Below are positions 20,224 through 28,979 of a stretch of 64,000 nt of DNA, one piece after another (within the stretch, counting starts at the first letter, position 1; every line of letters starts with the position of its first letter). The translations under genes and the position numbers were made by a program. Source of the DNA: Brevibacterium luteolum (GTDB lineage: Bacteria; Actinomycetota; Actinomycetes; Actinomycetales; Brevibacteriaceae); the NCBI RefSeq assembly GCF_013004595.1, contig NZ_JABEMC010000003.1:310001-374000 (forward strand). Reading direction: 5' to 3'. The notes beneath the pieces were generated by a model. The model was not told the origin of the DNA. It ran no database searches and worked only from the letters and a program-made list of their open reading frames with translations.

Positions 20224-21129
20224 TCACAGCGGAGGCCACGGAATCGGCGTCCGGGTCGCCGGTGGCAGCGGGAACGCCCCGAGATCAACCAGGCCGGCAG
20301 CACGTGCAGCGGTGGCGTCTGCCTCGGCATCGGTGAGCCAGTTCCCGAGGCGGTGGTGGAGTTCGGTGCTCTCAGCAACCTCGGCCAGCAGCCGGGCTTC
20401 GGCTGGGGTGAACGGTTCGCCGCAGAAGCCCCACAGCACCGTGCGCAGCTTCGGTTCGGCGTGGAAGGTCAGGCCGTGGTCGATGCCGAACACACCGGGG
20501 GCGGTGCCGTCGAAGCGGTAGTGGCCGCTGAGGATGTGCGAGGCCTTGCGGTCGGCGTTGTTGACGATGAGGTCGAATAGCGCGATCTGCCGCAGCGCCG
20601 GTGCCAGGGCGTGGGCGACGATGAGGTCCTCTCCGTCTTCGGACATGGCCGCGAAGATCGCAGCCCAGCCCTCAGGCACCTCGTCGGGTTCGAAGATGTC
20701 GACGAGCGCATCACCGGGGCTGAGCGTCTCGACATAGGCCTGCACAGAGCCCGGCCCGGCCGGCATGTCGGTGCGCATGACCGTCGGCGGGGCGACCGGC
20801 AGGCCGATGGCCTGCCCGAGTTCGAAGCAGGCGACCTCCCGGCCGGCCAGGGACTGGTGCGGGAAGTCGTGCAGCGGCCGCTCCCCCGCGGCGGGCTTGT
20901 ACACTGCGCGCAGCACCGTGTCACCGGCTGATACGGTGATGAGCCGGGTGTCGTTCGACGCATGCGGGATGCGCCCGAGCTGGTGGACCTCGCCGGCGGC
21001 GAGCACCTCGACGATGCTGGCGGTGTCGTCGGCCTCGGACAGGTGCGTCGGAGTGTCGATGCGGACGGAGATCTCCGGCCAGTCGGGACTGGAGTCGCTG
21101 TGCCCGCTGCGGGTGGTCATATCCGGCAT
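20224..21129 (-). CDS. SCO1664 family protein (PI3/4-kinase-like fold)
   Basis: AVYKPAAGERPLHDFP, FDLIVNNADRK, GIDHGLTFH, KLRTVLWG; ATG overlaps the DUF3090 stop. Confidence 0.85.
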   Translation of the reverse strand: MPDMTTRSGHSDSSPDWPEISVRIDTPTHLSEADDTASIVEVLAAGEVHQLGRIPHASNDTRLITVSAGDTVLRAVYKPAAGERPLHDFPHQSLAGREVACFELGQAIGLPVAPPTVMRTDMPAGPGSVQAYVETLSPGDALVDIFEPDEVPEGWAAIFAAMSEDGEDLIVAHALAPALRQIALFDLIVNNADRKASHILSGHYRFDGTAPGVFGIDHGLTFHAEPKLRTVLWGFCGEPFTPAEARLLAEVAESTELHHRLGNWLTDAEADATAARAAGLVDLGAFPLPPATRTPIPWPPL

Positions 21130-21695
21130 CAGCGCGCGATTCCGTTGGCGCGCGGGCACATGTGGCCAGCCGGGTCGAGCGGCAGCGCGCAGAAGGGGCA
21201 GTCCGAGCGTCCGGCATTGACGACCTGATCGGCGCGGCGGGCGAACTCGCGGGCCTGGCCGGCGGTCAGCGTCACCTTGAGTGAGCGGCGCTCCTGGGAG
21301 TCGTCATCCGGGTCGCCGCTCGTGCCGGACTCGGCATCCTGCTGGGTGAGTTCGAAGCATTCGACGATGAGCAGCCCGGCCTGGGTGTCCCAGCCCAGGC
21401 TCATCGTGCCGACGATGAACTCGGAGTCGACCGGCATCGCCAGCCCGGCGTTGTCGATGAGCTCCTCGAGAGGGCCGACGGGGATCGGCACGGTGCTGGC
21501 CCCCCTGGCCCGGACCATGTCGAGCAGTTCGTCCATCCGCTCTCCGAGCATCTCGACCTGCTCCTTCTCCAGCGTCACCGAGGTGACAACCCCCTCGGAG
21601 GCAACCTGGAGGAAGAAGGTGCGCTCACCCGGCAGGCCGACGGTCCCGGCGATGAACCGGTCGGGTGACGGGTGTTCGAAGATCGGGACGGCCAT
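21129..21695 (-). CDS. DUF3090 family protein
   Basis: RFIAGTVGLPGERTFFLQ, LEKEQV, C-terminal CPFC...GHMCPRANG. Confidence 0.9.
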   Translation of the reverse strand: MAVPIFEHPSPDRFIAGTVGLPGERTFFLQVASEGVVTSVTLEKEQVEMLGERMDELLDMVRARGASTVPIPVGPLEELIDNAGLAMPVDSEFIVGTMSLGWDTQAGLLIVECFELTQQDAESGTSGDPDDDSQERRSLKVTLTAGQAREFARRADQVVNAGRSDCPFCALPLDPAGHMCPRANGIAR

Positions 21696-21779
21696 AGTCC
21701 TTACCCTATGACATTCGATTCCCCTCGTCATCGGCTCGAACTGGTGACGCGGCCAGCAGAAGGGGGGTACATTGGAGGC

Positions 21780-22121
21780 ATGAGCCTTGAACCCGATGTG
21801 GCCCTGGAAGAGTTCCTTTCGGCAATCCGCGAGCACTACGCTGCAGCGGCTCACCGTTCCTCCGATGAGGACCCGCGAGTCGAAGCCACGTACATGGCCT
21901 TGGCCGAGGCTTTCGACATCTACGAGGACGCCCTCTATCGCGCATTCGAGGAGGTCACGCCCTTTGAGCTCTTCGATGATCAAGAAGATGCCAAGGCCGA
22001 CCTCGGCGACGATGACGATGACGACGACTTCGATGATGATTTCGACGATGACTACGACGAAGACGATGATGATGACGACTTCGACGACGATTACGACGAT
22101 GAGGTCACCGTCAAGCAGTGA
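21780..22121 (+). CDS. Small hypothetical protein with very acidic (Asp-rich) C-terminal tail
   Basis: MSLEPDVALEEF...EVTPF core then a DDDDDDDFDDDFDDDYD tail; TACATT just before ATG. Confidence 0.8.
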   Translation: MSLEPDVALEEFLSAIREHYAAAAHRSSDEDPRVEATYMALAEAFDIYEDALYRAFEEVTPFELFDDQEDAKADLGDDDDDDDFDDDFDDDYDEDDDDDDFDDDYDDEVTVKQ

Positions 22122-22180
22122 GCGCTAAGCGCTGCTGCCCCACCCTCACCTGAACAGCGCCTGTTGCCGTGCCCGAGGTG

Positions 22181-23086
22181 TCAGCTGGGTTCGGAGATCT
22201 GGTCGAGGACCTGGAGGATCTCCGGCTGCAGTTCGGAATCGCTGTTGAGCAGCTGCGTGAGCTGATCGGTCGTACGCGGGCTGATGAGGCTGCAGGCCGG
22301 CGCCTGTGAGCGCATCCAGGCCAGCGCGACATCGACCGGGGCGATCTCCAGGCTCGAAGCGGCCTTGCTCACGCCGGCCACGATCCGCTGCGCATCATCG
22401 CTCAGATACCCCTGCATATAGCCATCCCGGTGGACGGCTGCCCGCGAATCCGCCGGAACGGCCCTGGCGTACTGGCCTGAGAGCACGCCGCGGCCGAGCG
22501 CGGCACCGGCGACCATCCCGATGCCCAGATAGTCAGCGGCCGGGGCGACATCGGTCTCTGCCGAGCGCTCGAGCAGCGAATGCTCGTTGAACGCAGCGAC
22601 CACCGGGATGCCGGCGCCGGCGACAGCGGCCAGCTGCCAGCCGGAATGATAAGCGCAGGCGACATAGTCGATGTCCCCGGCGCTCAGCAGCGTCTCGAGT
22701 GCTGAGGCGGTCTCCTCCAGCGGCGTGGTCACGTCGAAGCCGTCGAGGACGAGGACCTCGATGTGGTCGCGGCGCATCCGCTGCATGAGCTGGCGGGTCT
22801 GTCTGAGCACCTGTTGCCGGGACAGGCTGAGGACCGGTTCATCACCGCGCTGGGCGACGCCGACACGGGCGCACACAGTGACTTCGGGGCTGACTGTCAG
22901 CTTCCCGAGCAGATCGGCCGCCGGCGAGGCGAACGACGGCAGCTCAAGAGTCGTGCCTCCGGCCTCACTGTAGGAATCGAGGAGCTGCTGAGCGGTCTCC
23001 GCCTCAACCCTGCTACCCCAGTCGAAGGTGCCGAGTCCGAGCTCGGAGAGCTCCAGACCTGATGTTCCGACGCGGTGAACGTGCAT
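22181..23086 (-). CDS. Aldo/keto reductase-fold protein, apparently degenerate
   Basis: RVGTSGLELSELGLGTFDWG, TPLEETASAL, LGRGVLSGQY, VALAW. Confidence 0.8.
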   Translation of the reverse strand: MHVHRVGTSGLELSELGLGTFDWGSRVEAETAQQLLDSYSEAGGTTLELPSFASPAADLLGKLTVSPEVTVCARVGVAQRGDEPVLSLSRQQVLRQTRQLMQRMRRDHIEVLVLDGFDVTTPLEETASALETLLSAGDIDYVACAYHSGWQLAAVAGAGIPVVAAFNEHSLLERSAETDVAPAADYLGIGMVAGAALGRGVLSGQYARAVPADSRAAVHRDGYMQGYLSDDAQRIVAGVSKAASSLEIAPVDVALAWMRSQAPACSLISPRTTDQLTQLLNSDSELQPEILQVLDQISEPS

Positions 23087-23260
23087 AGTCCTTGAGGTTA
23101 CCTGATCAGTGGGTCTACCCTGATGTGGGTCTGCCCGCCGGTGCGTCGTCGCCGCCATGTGACGAATCCCCCGAGCTGACCCCAACCCCGCCGCCAGATC
23201 CCCGGCGCCGGAGTCTGCCCACACCGCCGCTGGCGGGTGCCTACAGCTAGGAGTAAGTGC

Positions 23261-24088
23261 ATGGATTGGCTCATCGCCGCGATCCTCGGAGTCGTGCAGG
23301 GACTCACGGAGTTCCTGCCGATCTCCTCATCAGCACATCTGCGGATCGTCGGCGAGTTCCTGCTGCCGGGTGAGGACCCGGGAGCGTTCTTCACCGCCAT
23401 CGTGCAGATCGGCACTGAGACCGCGGTGCTCGTGTACTTCTGGAAGGACATCACCAGCATCATCGCCGCATGGTGCAAAGCGCTTGTGGGACGCGGTCCC
23501 AAGGACGACCCGAAGGTCCGGCTCGGCTGGCTCATCATCCTCGGCTCGATCCCGATCGCTGTGCTCGGCTTGCTGTTCGAAAGCCAGATCGAGACTGTGC
23601 TGCGCAGCCTGTGGATCACCGCGACGATGCTCATCGTCTTCGGCATCATCCTCGGCGTGGCCGACAAGTACGGTTCGCGCACCTATGAGCTCAAGGACAT
23701 GACCTGGGGTCAGGGCATCCTCTACGGCCTCGCGCAGGCGATGGCCCTCATCCCCGGTGTCTCGCGCTCCGGCGGCACGATCATCGCCGGCCGCCTCATG
23801 GGCTTCAAGCGCGAAGCCGCTGCCCGCTACTCGTTCCTGCTCGCCGTCCCGGCCGTCATGGCCTCGGGCTTCTACGGCCTGTTCAAGAGCATCGGCGAGC
23901 CGATGGTGCTCGGCTGGGGCCCGACCGCGCTGGCGACACTCGTGAGCTTCGTCGTCGGCTACGTCGTCATCGTCGGGTTCCTCAAGTTCATCTCCACCCG
24001 CTCGTTCGCCGTCTTCGTGTGGTACCGCGTCATCATCGGCCTGGTCATCTACGCACTGCTGGGTGCCGGAGTCATCTCCGCGATCTGA
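23261..24088 (+). CDS. uppP: Undecaprenyl-diphosphate phosphatase
   Basis: GVVQGLTEFLPISSSAHL, ALIPGVSRSGGT, AARYSFLL. Confidence 0.96.
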   Translation: MDWLIAAILGVVQGLTEFLPISSSAHLRIVGEFLLPGEDPGAFFTAIVQIGTETAVLVYFWKDITSIIAAWCKALVGRGPKDDPKVRLGWLIILGSIPIAVLGLLFESQIETVLRSLWITATMLIVFGIILGVADKYGSRTYELKDMTWGQGILYGLAQAMALIPGVSRSGGTIIAGRLMGFKREAAARYSFLLAVPAVMASGFYGLFKSIGEPMVLGWGPTALATLVSFVVGYVVIVGFLKFISTRSFAVFVWYRVIIGLVIYALLGAGVISAI

Positions 24089-24090
24089 CC

Positions 24091-24122
24091 GGCCCGCCGC
24101 TCCCCTGGCCCGCCGCTCCCCT
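24091..24122. repeat. 16-bp tandem duplication GGCCCGCCGCTCCCCT x2 between convergent genes, merging into a hairpin
   Basis: Copies at 24091-24106 and 24107-24122; CCGCTCCC pairs with GGGAGCGG downstream. Confidence 0.7.
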
Positions 24123-24134
24123 GACCGGGAGCGG

Positions 24135-24815
24135 TCATCGGCCGCCGCCGAGGTCGGGGGCGGCTTGGCGTCCGCCGGCGGTGACCGACATGGCGGTCAC
24201 GACCGGATGCCCGGTGGCCGGGTAGGAGATGACGCTGAAGGATCCCGGGGCCACCGCGATGCGCTGGAAGCGGTCGAGCGGGCTGCCGAGGGCATCGGCG
24301 AGGATCGCTTTGATGATGTCACCGTGGCTGACGATGATCCCGACGCTGTCCTCCTGGGTCTTCTCATCCTCGCCACTGGCCACGGTGCGCTGCCGCAGCT
24401 CGGCGACCAGCGCCTCGGCTGCGGCGATCCCCCGAGAGGCCGCCGCCTGCAGCGACTCCCCGCCGGGGAAGACCATCGTCGAGGGGCTTTCGGCCACCCG
24501 CGCCCACTCAGGGTGCTCCTTGAGCGAGGTGAGCGGCTGGCCGCTCCACTGCCCGTAGTCGACTTCGGCCAGGCCCGGGTCCTCGCGTGTCTGGCCGACG
24601 GTGATGATGCCGAGCAGCTCTTCGGTCGTCTGCACACACCGCATGAGCGGTGAGTGCCGCAGCGCGGTGATCGTGGCGAACGGCAGGATGCCGGCCAGAC
24701 TGCGGATCTGGGCACGGCCGGCCTCGGTGAGCGCGACCCCGGGTGTGCGGCCGGCCAGCAGGCCGGCGGCGTTGGCATCGCTCTCCCCATGCCGGATGAG
24801 AACCAGATGGACCAT
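24135..24815 (-). CDS. Histidine phosphatase, MSMEG_4193-like putative phosphomutase
   Basis: LIRHGES..NAAGLLAGRTPG, SPLMRC, EVDYGQW, VSHGDIIKAILADALG. Confidence 0.88.
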   Translation of the reverse strand: MVHLVLIRHGESDANAAGLLAGRTPGVALTEAGRAQIRSLAGILPFATITALRHSPLMRCVQTTEELLGIITVGQTREDPGLAEVDYGQWSGQPLTSLKEHPEWARVAESPSTMVFPGGESLQAAASRGIAAAEALVAELRQRTVASGEDEKTQEDSVGIIVSHGDIIKAILADALGSPLDRFQRIAVAPGSFSVISYPATGHPVVTAMSVTAGGRQAAPDLGGGR

Positions 24816-24917
24816 ACGCCTCAGGATAGTGCACGCCGGCCACGCCGTGTCCGCCTTGCGAGCCGCCCGGGAATCGGGCTGGCCTGGTGATAATCTCATC
24901 GGAGCGAAGGAGGGAAT

Positions 24918-25121
24918 GTGAAGCGACGTCGTACACCTGTGGAGTACGAGTTCCGGACCGTGAGCCTGCATCGGGAGATGACCCGATCCGAAGCCGCCCG
25001 CCTGCTGACCGAGGAAGCCGAATACGGCCGCTGGGAGCTGGCGCGCACCCGGATCGGGATGGGCGGGTCGAAGACCGTGTGGCTGCGTCGCCGCATCATC
25101 CGCATCAAGCACTCCGCATGA
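24918..25121 (+). CDS. DUF5703 family protein
   Basis: YEFRTV...LTEEAEYGRWELAR...VWLRRRI; RBS AAGGAGG. Confidence 0.85.
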   Translation: MKRRRTPVEYEFRTVSLHREMTRSEAARLLTEEAEYGRWELARTRIGMGGSKTVWLRRRIIRIKHSA

Positions 25122-26089
25122 CGGCCACCGCTTCCCGCGGGCCGGCGCTGCTGTCAGCCGTGGCGATGATCGCCGCCGGCATCGCGATGTCCATCCAGGG
25201 CACCACCAACGGCCACCTCGCCGCCGCCCTCGGCCACGGCCTGTATTCCGCGTTCATCTCCTTCACCGGCGGCTTCGTCGTCCTGTGCCTCGCCATTCCG
25301 TTCGCCCCCGCCGCCCGACGTGGACTCGGACGCGCCTGGCAGCTCGTGCGCCGCCGCGAGTTCCCGTGGTGGATGCTCACCGGCGGCATCGGCGGCGCCT
25401 CTGTCGTCATCGCCCAGTCGCTGACGGTCCCGCTGTTCGGCGTGGCGACATTCATCATGTCGTTCGTGTGCGGTCAGCTGCTCGGCGGGATCATCGTCGA
25501 CAACACCCACCTGAGCCCAGGCGGACGCAGGGCACCGAGCGTCCCCCGCGTCGCCGGCGTCATCATCGTCCTCCTCGGCGTCGTCGTGTCCTCCTCCGGG
25601 GCACTATCGCACGGCGTTCCCCTGTGGGCGCCGCTGCTGCCGCTGACCTCCGGTGCGCTCACGGCATTCCAGCAGGCCTTCAACGGCAACCTCAACACCG
25701 CCTCCCGCTCGGCATTCGCAGCGACGTTCACGAACTTCCTCGTCGGTTCGCTGTTCCTCTTCGCCGCAGCGATCCTCGTGCGCCTGTCCGGCGTGCCGAT
25801 CAGCGGGTTCCCGCAGCTGCCGGGTCAGTGGTGGATGCTCATCGGCGGTGTGCTCGGCGTCATGTACATCGGCTTCTCCACCGTGGCCGTCGGCCGGCTG
25901 GGGGTGCTGCTCATCAGCCTGCTGGCGCTGTTCGGCAATCTACTCGGCTCACTCGTCATCGACCTGCTCTTCCCCGTCGGGGCTGCGCCGATCGGCCCGC
26001 AGACGTTCATCGCGATCGGGCTTGTGCTCCTCGGCGTCGTCGTCGCCTCGATCCAGCGCCGTCAGCGCTGGCTGGAGGACGACGACTGA
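25118..26089 (+). CDS. DMT-superfamily transporter (duplicated DUF606/YdcZ-like)
   Basis: Two repeats of Q...NG.L and WWMLxGG motifs; about 10 TM segments. Confidence 0.82.
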   Translation: MTATASRGPALLSAVAMIAAGIAMSIQGTTNGHLAAALGHGLYSAFISFTGGFVVLCLAIPFAPAARRGLGRAWQLVRRREFPWWMLTGGIGGASVVIAQSLTVPLFGVATFIMSFVCGQLLGGIIVDNTHLSPGGRRAPSVPRVAGVIIVLLGVVVSSSGALSHGVPLWAPLLPLTSGALTAFQQAFNGNLNTASRSAFAATFTNFLVGSLFLFAAAILVRLSGVPISGFPQLPGQWWMLIGGVLGVMYIGFSTVAVGRLGVLLISLLALFGNLLGSLVIDLLFPVGAAPIGPQTFIAIGLVLLGVVVASIQRRQRWLEDDD

Positions 26090-26129
26090 CACCGCGACAG
26101 CTGCCGCAGTGAGAACAGGTGCGGATGGC

Positions 26130-27446
26130 TCAGGCGTCCATGAGGAACCGGCCGAGCACCCGGGCACCGAATTCCAGAGCTGAGACCGGCACCCGCTCGT
26201 CGACACCGTGGAACATCGCCGGGAAGTCGAGATCCGGGGTCAGGCGCAGCGGTGCGAAGCCGTAGCCGGTGATCCCCAGCAGCGAGAGCGCCTTGTTGTC
26301 GGTGCCGCCTGAGAGCGTGTACGGCAGCACTGTGGCATCCGGGTCCTCCTCCTGCAGGGAGGCGACCATCGTGTCGACGAGCCGTCCGCCGAAGGGCGAT
26401 TCGAGCGCGGTGGCCACGATCTCCTCTTCGATGTCGACACCCTCGCCGGCGAGCTCCTTGAGCTTGAGCTTGAGGTCCTCGTACTGACCGGGCAGGTGCC
26501 GGCAGTCGATGTAGGCCGAGGCGGTCGAGGGGATGACGTTGTGCTTGTACCCGGCTTCGAGCATCGACGGGTTCGAGGTGTTGGCGAACGTCGCGCCGAC
26601 GAACTTGGCCACCGAGCCGAGCTCGTCGAGCAGCTCGCCGTAGGTCTCTGCACTGAAGGGGATCCCGGTGAGCTCGGACACGCCGACGAGGAGGTCGCGG
26701 GTGGCCTGCGGCATCTGCTCAGGCCACTCGTACGCGCCGATCCGCGCGACCGCCTCGGCGAGCTTGGTGACCGGGTTGTCACGGTTGATCTGCGAGCCGT
26801 GCCCGGCCGTGCCGCGGGCGATGAGCTTGAGCCAGGCGATGCCCTTCTCCGCAGTCTGGACGAGATACACGCGCTGGCCGCGGATATCGACGGAGTAACC
26901 GCCGACCTCGGAGATCGCCTCGGTGGCGCCGTCGAACACCTCGGGATGGTTCTTGGCCATCCACTGCGAACCGTAGAGCCCGCCTGCCTCCTCATCAGCG
27001 AAGAAGACGATGATGAGATCGCGGCGCGGGCGTAGATTTTCGCGCATCATCGTACGCACGACCGCGATGATCATCGCGTCCATGTCCTTCATGTCAACGG
27101 CTCCACGACCCCAAACGAGACCGTCGCGGATCTCCCCGGCGAACGGGTCGACAGACCATTCGGAGGCATCGGCGGGAACCACATCGGTGTGACCGTGCAC
27201 GACGAGCGCCGGCGCCTCGGGATCGGTGCCCGGCACCCGGGTCACCAGCGTCGCGCGGCCGGGAGCGGACTCGTAGATTTGGGACTCCAGGCCGACCTCG
27301 GCGAACCAGGCGGCGATCTGGTCAGCGGCCGGACGCTCGGGATTGCACTTGTTGTTGCCCCAGTTCTGCGTGTCGATGCGGATGAGCTCCTGGCACAGGC
27401 GGGTGACCTCTGCCTCGGCGCTGGCGAACTGATGACTCATCGGCAC
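26130..27446 (-). CDS. M20/M25/M40 family metallohydrolase
   Basis: HGHTDVV, GRGAVDMK, ADEEAG, GGTD, FHGVDERVP. Confidence 0.93.
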   Translation of the reverse strand: MPMSHQFASAEAEVTRLCQELIRIDTQNWGNNKCNPERPAADQIAAWFAEVGLESQIYESAPGRATLVTRVPGTDPEAPALVVHGHTDVVPADASEWSVDPFAGEIRDGLVWGRGAVDMKDMDAMIIAVVRTMMRENLRPRRDLIIVFFADEEAGGLYGSQWMAKNHPEVFDGATEAISEVGGYSVDIRGQRVYLVQTAEKGIAWLKLIARGTAGHGSQINRDNPVTKLAEAVARIGAYEWPEQMPQATRDLLVGVSELTGIPFSAETYGELLDELGSVAKFVGATFANTSNPSMLEAGYKHNVIPSTASAYIDCRHLPGQYEDLKLKLKELAGEGVDIEEEIVATALESPFGGRLVDTMVASLQEEDPDATVLPYTLSGGTDNKALSLLGITGYGFAPLRLTPDLDFPAMFHGVDERVPVSALEFGARVLGRFLMDA

Positions 27447-27543
27447 TCTCCATTCTCACTCGCGGCGGTGCGGCCGGGCCGGCCTGAGCCGAGCGTACAC
27501 CGGAAGCGCAAGCACGTTCGCGAGCGTTCGTCATCCGGAAATC

Positions 27544-27561
27544 GGCGAACCGCAGATGAAT
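27544..27561 (-). promoter_or_regulatory. Candidate PHO-box-like direct repeat upstream of sqdB
   Basis: Minus strand ATTCATC-TGCG-GTTCGCC, 11-nt period, resembling the actinobacterial GTTCACC repeat unit. Confidence 0.35.
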
Positions 27562-27689
27562 ACCCCGTAACGCCTTCGAAGCCGGGGCCCTCCGGCGCGT
27601 CCCCGCGTGTGTGGGCGGCGTGTGCATATGACAGACTACGACTAAGTGTCCCGGCGCGAGCGCGCCGTCGTCGATCGAGGAGGAGCAAG

Positions 27690-28979
27690 ATGAAGACTGT
27701 TGTCTGCGGTGGAGACGGATTCTGCGGCTGGCCGACAGCCCTGCATCTCTCAGCGCGAGGCCACGACGTTGTCATCCTCGACAATCTGTCCCGCCGGGCG
27801 ATCGACGAGGAGCTCGGTGCGGAGTCGCTGACCCCGATCGCCTCGATCGAAGAACGGCTCGACGCCTGGGAGGAGCTGACCGGCAAGCGGATCGGCTTCG
27901 CCCAGATCGACCTGGCGCAGGACTACGAAGCCGTGCTGCGCCTGCTCGGCGAGTACGCACCCGACACCGTCATCCACTTCGCCGAACAGCGGGCAGCGCC
28001 GTACTCGATGAAGTCCCCGGCGCACAAGCGCTACACCGTCGACAACAACGTCAACGCCACCCACAACCTGCTCGCTGCGATCGTCGAGAACGGCTCCGAC
28101 ATCCACCTCGTGCACCTGGGCACGATGGGCGTCTACGGCTACGGGACCGCCGGCATGGAGATCCCCGAGGGCTACCTCGATGTGCAGGTCACCGCCGACA
28201 AGGATGCCGAGGGACGGCCGTGCGAGCCGTACCAGGTCGAACAGCAGATCCTGTACCCGACGAACCCGGGTTCGATCTACCACATGACGAAGGTGCTCGA
28301 TCAGCACCTGTTCGCCTACTACGCCAAGAACGATGCGCTGCGCATCACCGACCTGCACCAAGGCATCATCTGGGGTACGAACACCGCAGAGACCAAGCTC
28401 GATGAGCGCCTGGTCAACCGCTTCGACTACGACGGCGACTACGGCACCGTGCTCAACCGGTTCCTCATGCAGTCGGCGGTCGGCTACCCGCTGACCGTCC
28501 ACGGCACCGGCGGGCAGACACGCGCATTCATCCACATCCAGGACATGGTCCGCTGTGTGGAGATCGCGGTGGACAATCCCCCTGAGGCCGGTGAGCGGGT
28601 CAAGATCTTCAACCAGCTGACCGAGACCCACCGGGTGCGCGAACTCGCCGAGCTCATCTGCTCGATCACCGGCGCCCGCCTGGAGAACGTGCCCAACCCG
28701 CGCCACGAATCGGCAGAGAACGACCTGCACGCCTCGAACGCGACGTTCCTGGCACTCGGGCTCAAGCCGACGACTCTGTCCGACGGGCTGCTCATGGAGG
28801 TCAATGAGACCGCCAAGCGCTACGCCCACCGGGCAGACCTGTCGAAGATCCCGGCGTCCTCGGTCTGGACCAAGCACCAGCAGCCGGGTGTGCCCACCGT
28901 CCCGGCCGACACCTCGGACCTGGCCGATGCGCAGGCCAGAGGTGACCACGACGAGACGGCGGCGGTATCCGGCAGCTGA
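27690..28979 (+). CDS. sqdB: UDP-sulfoquinovose synthase
   Basis: GGDGFCGWPTALHLS, HFAEQRAAPYSMKS, HLGTMGVYG, PGSIYHMTK, TDLHQGIIWG, RFDYDGDYGTVLNRF; RBS GAGGAGG. Confidence 0.93.
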   Translation: MKTVVCGGDGFCGWPTALHLSARGHDVVILDNLSRRAIDEELGAESLTPIASIEERLDAWEELTGKRIGFAQIDLAQDYEAVLRLLGEYAPDTVIHFAEQRAAPYSMKSPAHKRYTVDNNVNATHNLLAAIVENGSDIHLVHLGTMGVYGYGTAGMEIPEGYLDVQVTADKDAEGRPCEPYQVEQQILYPTNPGSIYHMTKVLDQHLFAYYAKNDALRITDLHQGIIWGTNTAETKLDERLVNRFDYDGDYGTVLNRFLMQSAVGYPLTVHGTGGQTRAFIHIQDMVRCVEIAVDNPPEAGERVKIFNQLTETHRVRELAELICSITGARLENVPNPRHESAENDLHASNATFLALGLKPTTLSDGLLMEVNETAKRYAHRADLSKIPASSVWTKHQQPGVPTVPADTSDLADAQARGDHDETAAVSGS

